Assembly (NCBI GenBank): GCA_027484125.1
Contig: JAIXUI010000040.1
Location: 1,426 to 65,425, forward strand
Direction: 5' to 3'
Source: Bacteroidota bacterium
GTDB lineage: Bacteria; Bacteroidota; Bacteroidia; UBA7662; JAIXUI01
DNA length: 64,000 bases
The translations under genes and the position numbers were made by a program. Of the stretch, positions 24,615 to 33,040 are shown in pieces. The notes beneath the pieces are model-generated. The model saw nothing but the letters and a program-made list of their open reading frames with translations. It made no database searches and was not told the DNA's origin. Numbering within the stretch: the stretch's first letter is position 1; each line of letters opens with the position of its first letter.

Positions 24615-24640
24615 AAGGCTGCCTTTGGGCAGCCTTTTTT
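24615..24640 (+). terminator. Intrinsic terminator of glnA
   Basis: AAGGCTGCC-TTTG-GGCAGCCTT running into a T tract. Confidence 0.85.
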
Positions 24641-24825
24641 GTTTTAAATGCTGCAAAGTATTTTCCCCTCCAGTAAATAGAAAATCCGAACAAAACAGTC
24701 CTCTCAATTGGGAGGCTACCCCTGAAAATGGAAGGTAACTTTCGGTTAATTCCGGCAAACTGACCGCCGCGGAAAGCAAGCGACTTAAACTTACCATTCG
24801 GCCAAAATACACTTGCTCTGGACAT

Positions 24826-24915
24826 AAAAAACCCCGGCTTAACCGGGGTGGTCAATTAAGTATATCTATAAACTAAGTCAAGCCCTTTTTCCTCCTTGAC
24901 TTTCTACTTAATGAC
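24826..24915 (-). ncRNA. Candidate small RNA (~90 nt) with own promoter and terminator
   Basis: Minus TAAATTTG at 24920-24927; nested perfect stems ATTAAGTA/TACTTAAT and AAGTCAAG/CTTGACTT; terminator ACCCCGG-TTAAG-CCGGGGT plus U run; no ATG-initiated ORF. Confidence 0.65.
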
Positions 24916-25042
24916 AAAGCAAATTTAATTGGTTGTGTTCAAATTGAGAATTTGAATTTTATCAAGTTGGCTGTAGAAAGCCATTAGCTGATTGAAGATA
25001 GCTCCCAAATTGCTGCTCCGACACTCGCAGTTGAAGAGTGCG

Positions 25043-25282
25043 TTAGCTTACAGAGGTTCTTACCTTTTGGGCGAAAGCACGAAGGGCGTCGCGAGCGGGT
25101 ACGCCTTGTTCTATTTGCTCAAGTACCCAAATAGCACCGAGAATGTGGGTGAGTTGTTCGCCTTCATCGTCGCCGTCCACTACAATACCCGACGTCCCTG
25201 TTTCAAGTAAATCTTCTTCAGCCTTTCTCAGAATATCTAAGGTGTATTGTTCAGAAAGCTGTTTGATAACTGGGAGCTTCAT
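25043..25282 (-). CDS. Small conserved Bacteroidota protein (DUF6952-like), thioredoxin-associated
   Basis: MKLPVIKQL...GDDEGEQLTHILGA...ALRAF.QKVR.S; 4-nt overlap with the thioredoxin stop. Confidence 0.75.
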   Translation of the reverse strand: MKLPVIKQLSEQYTLDILRKAEEDLLETGTSGIVVDGDDEGEQLTHILGAIWVLEQIEQGVPARDALRAFAQKVRTSVS

Positions 25283-25599
25283 GCCAAATGTCTTTTAACC
25301 AAAGCTTCTACCGCTTCAATTTTAGAAGCAGCCATTCCTTCTACCAATTTTCCTTGGTGGAATAGTGCAAAAAATGGAAGATTATCAACACCGGCCAATT
25401 GTCTAGCTTGAGGATTTTCTTCCGCATTCACATCCACAAAACTGATAGATGCATGGGCTTCATCCTCCGACATTCTGCGGATTTTCGGAGCAATAAGTTT
25501 GCAGTTGCCGCACCAGTCGGCATAATATTTAACCAACACCCATTCATGGGTTGACAAGTGTTGGCCGAATTGTTCATCGGTAAGTACGTTAAGTGCCAT
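25279..25599 (-). CDS. Thioredoxin family protein (WCGNC)
   Basis: Start moved to ATG 25599; YYADWCGNCK and cis-Pro loop VDNLPFF. Confidence 0.9.
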   Translation of the reverse strand: MALNVLTDEQFGQHLSTHEWVLVKYYADWCGNCKLIAPKIRRMSEDEAHASISFVDVNAEENPQARQLAGVDNLPFFALFHQGKLVEGMAASKIEAVEALVKRHLA

Positions 25600-25634
25600 T
25601 GTGGTATTAACAACCAAAGAGGGGTATTGGTTGA

Positions 25635-26909
25635 CTACGGCCTGGGGTTTAAACCGTACTTTTTCTCGTAACGTTGATAAAGTTGTTGCTGTACATTGTC
25701 GAGGGTAATTTCTTTGCCCATGATCCATGCCCTTAGCAAATGAGCTTCTTTCATCTCCGTAGGATCACCCTCAGAAAGGAAAAAGCTCGCAGAAGCTCCC
25801 GTTTTCAACTGACCAATCAAAGAATCTAATCCTAACAATTTGGCAGGGTTTAAAGCCGCAAATGTATAAGCCAACTCCGAAGTAATGCCGCAACTTCTAA
25901 GATTTCCAGCGTTAAAAAGCAAGTTTCTTTGTTCCCAAGAGCCGTCTAAACTGATGGCAGTTAAGACACCCTGATTGTGTAAGGCTACAGCCCTGCATAA
26001 AGCGGCGTTTAAATTTTCATGGGCGCGCATCGGCAAACTTTGAGGACGATCTACCACCACACCTGCAGCTTTCGCTTTAACTTCTTCCACTACCATCATG
26101 GCATCAGTTGCGCCGCAAAGCACTGGTTTTATTTGCCGAGCATGAAAAAATTGCAACGCTGCCCTGATGGTCCTTGCATAGCTGGCACGAACAAACACTT
26201 TGCGCTTACCAGATAAAACATCTCTCATGGCTTCAAAACGAAGGTTAACAGGAAAGCTCCCTTCAGGACGAGCGCAATAAAGTGCGGCTTCATCAAAGAA
26301 TCGTTCCAGTTTACGGATGTTCTCAAGCGCTCTTGTGGTCTGTTCGTTTCCACCAGATAACTCAGGAAAATTAAGGTGTAAAGCCCCATCGGCCTGAATC
26401 ACCGCATCTTCCCAATTCCAACCATCTAAGTGAAAAACTGAAGAAGTTCCTGGCATTAGTCCACCCTGGGGAATGGCCTGAACGAACAAAATGCCATTTT
26501 GGCGAATGGTAGGAATAATCTTGGAATCGGTGTTGAAAGCGACCAGCGAACGTACATGCGGGTTGAGTTCTCCAACCTCTTGATAATCGCGTGTGGGTCT
26601 GGCTGCATCAATTTCATTCAACCCTACAACCGTTTGAAGCGCTAAAGCACCGGGATACAAATGCAAGCCGGTTGCTTCTATCCAATCTACCGCATTTCGG
26701 TCGATTCGAATTTCTGCTCCAGTACCGATGTAGCCAATTTTGCCGTTTTGAAAACTGATTAACCCGGAGCTGATGACTTTTCCATCGCCTAAATGAAGCG
26801 TGGCACCACTAATCCAGGTTGCTTTAGATTGAGCGAATGCACGCTCAGCCGTTCCACAGAACAGACAAGCGAGCAATAGTAGATTACCAAGAAGATTTTT
26901 TGGCCTCAT
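25635..26909 (-). CDS. Exported amidohydrolase-superfamily protein, apparently lacking metal ligands
   Basis: Start probably ATG 26909; beta-sandwich N-terminus, ID..G.HLYPG, NPAKLLG...IG.L..G..A; HxH replaced by LQT. Confidence 0.8.
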   Translation of the reverse strand: MRPKNLLGNLLLLACLFCGTAERAFAQSKATWISGATLHLGDGKVISSGLISFQNGKIGYIGTGAEIRIDRNAVDWIEATGLHLYPGALALQTVVGLNEIDAARPTRDYQEVGELNPHVRSLVAFNTDSKIIPTIRQNGILFVQAIPQGGLMPGTSSVFHLDGWNWEDAVIQADGALHLNFPELSGGNEQTTRALENIRKLERFFDEAALYCARPEGSFPVNLRFEAMRDVLSGKRKVFVRASYARTIRAALQFFHARQIKPVLCGATDAMMVVEEVKAKAAGVVVDRPQSLPMRAHENLNAALCRAVALHNQGVLTAISLDGSWEQRNLLFNAGNLRSCGITSELAYTFAALNPAKLLGLDSLIGQLKTGASASFFLSEGDPTEMKEAHLLRAWIMGKEITLDNVQQQLYQRYEKKYGLNPRP

Positions 26910-27789
26910 CGAAGGCTTTTTTGGTTTTAAGCGTAAATACCCTTGAAATATTAAACCCGAAATGAATGTCCCCATTCAACCAATCGCCGGTTGTTTGGGT
27001 GACCAAAGCTTTCTCGTTCATACCCAAAGCATTGGAGAATTGAAGTTGAAAAACGTGCCCCCCTGTTCCAACATCGAAGCCTAAGCAAAGTGGCATCTTA
27101 TAAGGTTGAGTCATTTGACCATCGGGGATGTAACAATAATCGGCGTTGAAGGAAATTCGCTTTGATAATTTCATCCTTCCACCAATACCTAACCCAAAGA
27201 CGCCATTCTGATCGGCATTCGCGGGAACTAAATTGCGGTGAACCCAAATAGGAGAAAGCTGAAGCGTTAAATCTTCGGAAAACTTCCGGCTAATTAAGAG
27301 TTGGTGGTAAAAAGAAAGTCGGGAAGAAAAGAAATTGATGCGATCCGGATTGGCCCATGAAGCCGTGTTTATCACACTTCCTGCGACATAAACCAAAGAA
27401 ACCGGCATTGCACCCGGACCTTTGGACTGCTGAAGAAAACGCCATTTTACAAAGCCATCCACTTCTTTTCCTACCGCTGAGCGGCCTAAACCTACAGTGA
27501 TGTTGTCAGTTAAGCCATAATCCAAGCTCAATCTTACAAAAGCCTGATCCAGACCAAAAAGATTCTCTACTCCGGAATTCAATCGTCCAAATCGGTGCAG
27601 TATTCGAAAATCGAGCACTCCGCCAGCCACCATTTCAGTAGAATGGAAGTTTAGAATGCGAGTAGATTTAAACGCATTTTTAACCTTCACTTTCTCCGGT
27701 TTAATATTGGCCATCATGGCATCTAAATCATCTTGAGCTTGTGCCTGAATGGCCAAGAACCCAAGACAAGCAATTAACCAATTTCTCAC
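26884..27789 (-). CDS. Outer-membrane beta-barrel protein (DUF5777-like)
   Basis: Signal peptide; FKSTRILN.HS, FRILHRFG, LFGLD, GTGGHVFQLQFSN, HFGFNISRVF. Confidence 0.82.
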   Translation of the reverse strand: MRNWLIACLGFLAIQAQAQDDLDAMMANIKPEKVKVKNAFKSTRILNFHSTEMVAGGVLDFRILHRFGRLNSGVENLFGLDQAFVRLSLDYGLTDNITVGLGRSAVGKEVDGFVKWRFLQQSKGPGAMPVSLVYVAGSVINTASWANPDRINFFSSRLSFYHQLLISRKFSEDLTLQLSPIWVHRNLVPANADQNGVFGLGIGGRMKLSKRISFNADYCYIPDGQMTQPYKMPLCLGFDVGTGGHVFQLQFSNALGMNEKALVTQTTGDWLNGDIHFGFNISRVFTLKTKKAFDEAKKSSW

Positions 27790-28334
27790 TTTTCGTTAAG
27801 TTTCAATTCGGTTTCGAAAGTAACCTCCACCTCTTCGGCAATTTTTCCAACTACAATTTTGGGGATGCTGATTTTGTGATCATCCAGCTTCACCTTGAAA
27901 ATAGAGCGAAGGCTAATGGTATTTCCCGTTCTTTTTACAACACCTTTGAAAGTGCGTTGTTGAGAAACCCCATGCATTTCGATGGTACCGGTTAGCGTAA
28001 CGTTGAAGCTTCCGTCTTTAGATAAATCCACATTTTCGTTAATAATCCCATTGAGGATAGCCTCCGGATATTTACCACTTTCCATGTAGTTTTCATTAAA
28101 GTGCTCCATCATGAGAGGATCTTTAAACTGAAAAGAAGTGATGGGGATTTTGACAATGAGTTTCTTTTTCTCCAAGCTAAAACCTGAGGCAAACTTGGTA
28201 GAAATTGCTTCTATTTTCTCCAGAGGAGCATCAGAATAAAAGCGGACTTTACCGGTTTTAGACATAAAAACCTGAGCCGAAGCGGCTACTGTTAGAAAAG
28301 AAGCTGTAAAAAAGAAAAGAAGTTTTTTCATCAT
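27786..28334 (-). CDS. YceI-like (polyisoprenoid-binding lipocalin-fold) exported protein
   Basis: F.S.APLE.IEA, F.F...LM.EHFNENYMES.KYP.A, G.IEMHGV, I.IPKIV..KIAEEV.V. Confidence 0.88.
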   Translation of the reverse strand: MMKKLLFFFTASFLTVAASAQVFMSKTGKVRFYSDAPLEKIEAISTKFASGFSLEKKKLIVKIPITSFQFKDPLMMEHFNENYMESGKYPEAILNGIINENVDLSKDGSFNVTLTGTIEMHGVSQQRTFKGVVKRTGNTISLRSIFKVKLDDHKISIPKIVVGKIAEEVEVTFETELKLNEK

Positions 28335-29035
28335 TAGTTGGGATAGTTGTTCGAAATCCAGCGTTCAATCTGGCGAATTTGACAATCGTTGAGTTTATTC
28401 CCACCCTTGGGCATGGGTGATGCAGCACCGGAATGTGTTATGGAGGCCAAGAGCTTTCCGGACTGCGCAGCAGATTTGGTAAGCTCATAGCTATTTAATA
28501 AAATACCGCCACCGGTTGATGTCTGACTATGGCATCCATTACAGGCTGTATTCATAATAGGCTCAATCTGAGAAGCGTAACTGCTCGTAACCGTATCACA
28601 TGGCCCTTGAGCCCAAAAGGAATTCCTAGCACCTTCAAGGATCCACTGCTTGAGCACGTTAATTTGTTCGGAAGAGAGCGGCTGCTGGCCGGAAGGTGGC
28701 ATACTGCCTTTTCTCCCATATCCCCGCAGTTCTTCCATCAACTCACTTTCATCCGGCTTAAACCGAACTACTAACTCATCGTCGCTCATGATAGAGGCAA
28801 ATGAGGAAAGGTTAACTCCTTCAGCAGCGGAGGAAGCGTTATGGCAACCAGACATGTTGCAATTGGAATTCAAAATAGGCTGGACTTGATCACGAAAACT
28901 AATCTCAGAAGTGGATACTTCCACCGGCTCAAGACTTATCGGCGGATCATGTTTGCAAGAAGAAATAGCCCCAGCCAAGGCTGACATGATTGCTATAGCA
29001 GCGATTAGTTGTTGGGGGCGCCTGCGTTCAGCCAT
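28334..29035 (-). CDS. Di-heme c-type cytochrome lipoprotein
   Basis: Lipobox ISS-C(KHD). Domain 1: QPIL..NCNMSGCH...MPP...WILEGA. Domain 2: EPIM..ACNGCH...MPK...WI. Confidence 0.8.
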   Translation of the reverse strand: MAERRRPQQLIAAIAIMSALAGAISSCKHDPPISLEPVEVSTSEISFRDQVQPILNSNCNMSGCHNASSAAEGVNLSSFASIMSDDELVVRFKPDESELMEELRGYGRKGSMPPSGQQPLSSEQINVLKQWILEGARNSFWAQGPCDTVTSSYASQIEPIMNTACNGCHSQTSTGGGILLNSYELTKSAAQSGKLLASITHSGAASPMPKGGNKLNDCQIRQIERWISNNYPN

Positions 29036-29364
29036 TTGGATATTTTTGAGTAATCACAAGCGCTTAAAGTAGGGCTTCCCATGGGTGGCATATTCTTTTG
29101 ATCAATCACACGGCTTTTAAATGAGCCATTATTGACTTTAGCCATTAAACCATTATAGGTAGAAAAATCACCAAAAGGACTTCCGGCACCATGGCAGGCT
29201 GCATTCCCACAACGAGTTTGGAGCATCGGGGCAATGGTGGCATTGTACGTAAACTGCGTACTATCGCAGTTGGAAGTGGAAGGATAGAGGGTTTCTTCCT
29301 TGTCGAAATAACAGGAAGATGATCCAACCGCTATCATCAATAAAAGCCAAAAGGCACGCTTCAT
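29005..29364 (-). CDS. Mono-heme c-type cytochrome lipoprotein
   Basis: Start moved to ATG 29364; lipobox SSS-C(YFDKEE); CGNAACH...MPP...WLNAGAPNN. Confidence 0.78.
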   Translation of the reverse strand: MKRAFWLLLMIAVGSSSCYFDKEETLYPSTSNCDSTQFTYNATIAPMLQTRCGNAACHGAGSPFGDFSTYNGLMAKVNNGSFKSRVIDQKNMPPMGSPTLSACDYSKISKWLNAGAPNN

Positions 29365-29367
29365 AGA

Positions 29368-29375
29368 CAAATTTA
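29368..29375 (-). promoter_or_regulatory. -7 element of the cytochrome/YceI/barrel operon
   Basis: Minus-strand TAAATTTG only 3 nt before ATG 29364. Confidence 0.6.
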
Positions 29376-29612
29376 ACCGTTTAAAAACCTGTGACAATGA
29401 TAATGAGTTTAAATCATTTTAGCACTTTTTGTTATTTTTCTTTATTTTTACTCATTTGTAGTCTTTTATTGTTAATATAATAAAACAAGACAAGCAAGAA
29501 GTAAGAAAGCTTATTCCTCAGCCACAGATTGGATAAAAGTAAATTAGAAAAGTGGGTTATAAATGTCGGCAAGGCTATTAGTTTTGAACCGCAATCAGAT
29601 CAAAAACGCTTC

Positions 29613-30554
29613 ATGAAAATCCTCCTTATTGGCTCTGAAGGACAGTTAGGCTCAGAATTAAGCCGAGCACTTCGAAACCGATACCAACATGTAGAACTCA
29701 CCGAAGCTGACCTTAGCAACAAGCAGCCTAACAAAGACAGACATTTTGTAGCGCTTGATGTTTTGGATCGGAAATCGGTGTTGAGTCTTATAGAAGAAGG
29801 TCAATACGACCAGGTTTACCACTTAGCAGCCATACTCTCGGCACGTGGCGAAGCTCACCCCAGGCAAGCGTGGGACATCAACATGAACGGATTGTTCAAT
29901 GTATTGGATGCATGTGTTGCCCATGGCGTGAAGCAAGTGTATTGGCCATCGTCTATTGCAGCATTTGGACCAGGAACGCCAAGAATTGACACGCCACAAT
30001 CGTGCTTCATGGACCCGGTAACGGTTTACGGGATTTCTAAATTAAGTGGTGAATTGTGCTGCCAATATTACCATCAGCGATTCGGATTAGACATCCGCAG
30101 CTTAAGGTACCCAGGCATCATCAGTTATGCAACCCCACCCGGCGGCGGCACTACCGACTACGCCGTTGAAGTATTCTACGAACTTGCTAAATCCAGACAA
30201 TACACCAGCTTTCTCGGCCCGGAATCCCGCTTGCCAATGATGTACATCGACGATGCCATCAAAGCAACCCTCGATTTAATGGAAGCACCAGCAGAAAAGC
30301 TGAGCATCCACACCAGTTATAACTTGGGCGCTATCAGTTTTACTCCTGCGGAACTGTTTGAAGAAATTGGCCAACAATGGCCAGGAGCGCGTTTTGATTA
30401 TGCCCCTGACCACCGTCAAGCCATCGCAGACAGTTGGCCGGCTTCTATCAACGACGAACAGGCTCGGAAAGATTGGGGCTGGAGTCCGGATTATGACCTT
30501 AAAAAACTAGTAAGCACCATGATAGAAGGCGTTAAAAGCCTTCAACTGAGCTAG
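29613..30554 (+). CDS. Extended SDR NAD-dependent epimerase/dehydratase, likely L-threonine 3-dehydrogenase
   Basis: Start ATG 29613; GSEGQLG, HLAAILSARGE, WPSSIAAFG, YGISK, LRYPGIIS...PGGGTTDYAV, RQAIADSWP, as in SDR-type TDH. Confidence 0.85.
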   Translation: MKILLIGSEGQLGSELSRALRNRYQHVELTEADLSNKQPNKDRHFVALDVLDRKSVLSLIEEGQYDQVYHLAAILSARGEAHPRQAWDINMNGLFNVLDACVAHGVKQVYWPSSIAAFGPGTPRIDTPQSCFMDPVTVYGISKLSGELCCQYYHQRFGLDIRSLRYPGIISYATPPGGGTTDYAVEVFYELAKSRQYTSFLGPESRLPMMYIDDAIKATLDLMEAPAEKLSIHTSYNLGAISFTPAELFEEIGQQWPGARFDYAPDHRQAIADSWPASINDEQARKDWGWSPDYDLKKLVSTMIEGVKSLQLS

Positions 30555-32329
30555 GATAATCCAGAATCACCAGGAAGTTCTTCATTCGGATAATCGAGCA
30601 AACCCGATTGTAGCTGATTATTCATTTCACGAATGGTTTCATCGAGGTTATACGAGCTTATCGTTAAGTGATGAAGAATTTCCTGATATTCTTGGGAGCC
30701 ATTTTTTGCTTGGTTGAGCAAATCAGTGAGGCCGATGATGTTGGCGGCATGCTTCCGCAATGAATGGCTAACAGAAAAAGCATAATTTTTCAAACTGGCA
30801 TTCTGCTTTTCGAGCGATTGTGTTCGTTCTTCAATCTTATTCTGAAGATATTGATTGAGGAAGCTAATCTCTTCTTTTTGCTGAACCAAAGCGGTGTTGA
30901 ATCGAGCCAACTCTTCCGACTTAAGCTCTATCTCACGATGTTGGCGACTGATTTCTGCGTGCGCTTGCTTAAGCTGCCAATTAGACTGCGATAATTTAAG
31001 TCGCTCGCGAAATAGATAAAACGTCACTATAGCGAGTAAGAAGACAATGGCTCCGATAGCGGAGAGCCAATACTTTTGCTTATTGAGTTTTGATAGGTGT
31101 ATATCTTCCATTTCTCTTTCCCGTTCCTTCATAAACTGCTCCTTGAGCTTAATTTCCATCAAGCTCATTTTCTTCCCCAGGATTTCATGTCGAAGACTAT
31201 CATCTAGTTTTTGCGCAAGCGCTAGATGATTATAAGCTTTTTTATGGTCGCCTTTTTGTCCATAAAGTTTCGAAAGCTGTTGATTAAGTTTTTTTCTAAT
31301 TGCTAGGTTTTCCGTAAACTTCAATTGAGAAACTGCTTGAAAAGCATAATAAAAAGCACTGTCTAAGTTGTTCTTTTGAAAATGATAGTCAGATAAATCT
31401 AGGTAAGAAACAGCTGTTGGAATTGGTTCATTAAGTTTGACTTTTATAACCAAAGACTGCTGAAGGTATGGAAGCGCCTCGTCCATACGTCCCATTTCCA
31501 AATACATGGAACCCAGATGATTGAGGTCATAAGACAAGCCTCGCCAATCACCAATTGCCTTTTTCCAACGAATTGCTTCCTTGAGGACACTATCGGCAGC
31601 CTGATAATCCTTCATTTCAAGGTACATAATCCCTAAGTTTCCAAGACTAGAGGAAATGCCCACACTATCATTGAGTTTTTTAAAAAGCTTATGCGTTTTT
31701 TCATAATACCAAGCTGCTTGAGCATGATCATCTAGGTTTTTAAAAAGGATACCTATGTTGCCATAAGTATTGGCTTGGCCTCTTAAATCGCCCAATTGAA
31801 TCTTGATTTTCAGACTCTTCAGATAGTTTTCAAGCGCGTTGGCATACTTTGTTTGATTTTTAAATATGATTGCGAGGGAATTATATGCTTTAGATAGCAA
31901 ATACAATTGGTTGTGTTGAAGAGCTAACTCAACCGCATGATTAACAAATTTAAGTGATTGAACTTCGTCGCCGATGATGGAGTAAGCAAATCCAATTTGA
32001 CGGTTTGCCTCAATAACACCTTCAGTAAAGTTCACTTTTTGCGCAAGTTCAAGTGCTTTAAGCGCTACCTTCAAACTAGTATCCGGGTTGGAGCTGTTAT
32101 TCGCTCCTGCATAAACATTAAGAAGAGAAATCCAACTTGTATCAGACTCATTAACGCCTTTTCTTTTTAGAGCCTGAAATTGTGCTTCAATGGCATTGAC
32201 TCTGCTTTCTTGTGCTAAAGTGGCGGATGCTGTGAAAAAACAAATTGCAATAAAAAGGAATACTTTGTTGAACACTTTGCGTATTAAAAATTCGGTCATT
32301 GTGATAGAAAACAGCATGAGAATTTCCAA
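30551..32329 (-). CDS. TPR periplasmic sensor with TM helix and HisKA-like DHp but no ATPase domain
   Basis: Multiple TPRs (AYNSLAIIF, TYGNIGILF, SLGNLGIMY, LNHLGSMY), TM YWLSAIGAIVFLLAIVTFYL, coiled coil, FSVSHSLR..AANIIGL, then stop. Start uncertain. Confidence 0.75.
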   Translation of the reverse strand: MEILMLFSITMTEFLIRKVFNKVFLFIAICFFTASATLAQESRVNAIEAQFQALKRKGVNESDTSWISLLNVYAGANNSSNPDTSLKVALKALELAQKVNFTEGVIEANRQIGFAYSIIGDEVQSLKFVNHAVELALQHNQLYLLSKAYNSLAIIFKNQTKYANALENYLKSLKIKIQLGDLRGQANTYGNIGILFKNLDDHAQAAWYYEKTHKLFKKLNDSVGISSSLGNLGIMYLEMKDYQAADSVLKEAIRWKKAIGDWRGLSYDLNHLGSMYLEMGRMDEALPYLQQSLVIKVKLNEPIPTAVSYLDLSDYHFQKNNLDSAFYYAFQAVSQLKFTENLAIRKKLNQQLSKLYGQKGDHKKAYNHLALAQKLDDSLRHEILGKKMSLMEIKLKEQFMKEREREMEDIHLSKLNKQKYWLSAIGAIVFLLAIVTFYLFRERLKLSQSNWQLKQAHAEISRQHREIELKSEELARFNTALVQQKEEISFLNQYLQNKIEERTQSLEKQNASLKNYAFSVSHSLRKHAANIIGLTDLLNQAKNGSQEYQEILHHLTISSYNLDETIREMNNQLQSGLLDYPNEELPGDSGLS

Positions 32330-32339
32330 CCAACAATGA

Positions 32340-32918
32340 TCAGTATTTGCTTTTAATGAACTGCAAGTTTTGCTCCTTTTTGGGCTTTCTATGAAGGTTA
32401 GAAAAAGAAGTAAAATATTGATGAGCCTCTAAGAATCTGATTTGTATTTTGTCCCAGTCATGTTCTTCGAGCCCACCAGGCATCATAAGTTTGAGTTCTT
32501 CGAAAAGGGTGTTGGCTATTTGTGAGAAATCATCTCTACCGAGGTAATCAAGATCCGCATCACAAAGGATTTGCTCAAGCAAGCACGTCGGAGATTGCGG
32601 GATTTTGGTAGCCATGATCATACCGCAAATCACTTGGATATCCGCTTCTTTAAAGTCAAAATGAGGCAGCCATGACATGGCGAGCTCGCAGCCTGCCTCC
32701 TCATGATTGTTGTATTGAACGATAAATCCACAATCATGCATCCATGCTGCGGCTTCGAGTAAACGAATATCATGTGAATTCAATCCTTCTGCTCTTGCAA
32801 TAGTTAAGGCAGAGGCAACTACGTCGTGGGTATGGTGAATGCCATGGTAATAAAGATTACCAGGCAGCCCTTTTTGGAGCTGTGAAAGTATGTAACGGCG
32901 GGCTTTCGCTAATTGCAT
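32340..32918 (-). CDS. HD-domain phosphohydrolase
   Basis: YYHGIHHT, AAWMHDCG, NHEE, ILCDADLDYLG. Confidence 0.9.
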   Translation of the reverse strand: MQLAKARRYILSQLQKGLPGNLYYHGIHHTHDVVASALTIARAEGLNSHDIRLLEAAAWMHDCGFIVQYNNHEEAGCELAMSWLPHFDFKEADIQVICGMIMATKIPQSPTCLLEQILCDADLDYLGRDDFSQIANTLFEELKLMMPGGLEEHDWDKIQIRFLEAHQYFTSFSNLHRKPKKEQNLQFIKSKY

Positions 32919-33040
32919 AAATCGTATATCGGTAAATTTAACGCTTAAATGAACTTTTTAAGAATTAATCAACGTACAAACCTTATGAAAATTGAATAAA
33001 TATACCTTTGCTTATCTAAATTTACCCAAAACAGATAATC

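Noticed and set aside
24606..24855. Short minus-strand ORFs of 68 and 80 aa downstream of the sRNA
   Set aside because: They run through terminator hairpins and show no protein-like features.
32340..32918. HD protein as part of a Pycsar/CBASS-type defence system
   Set aside because: No fused TM effector and no cyclase in the window.
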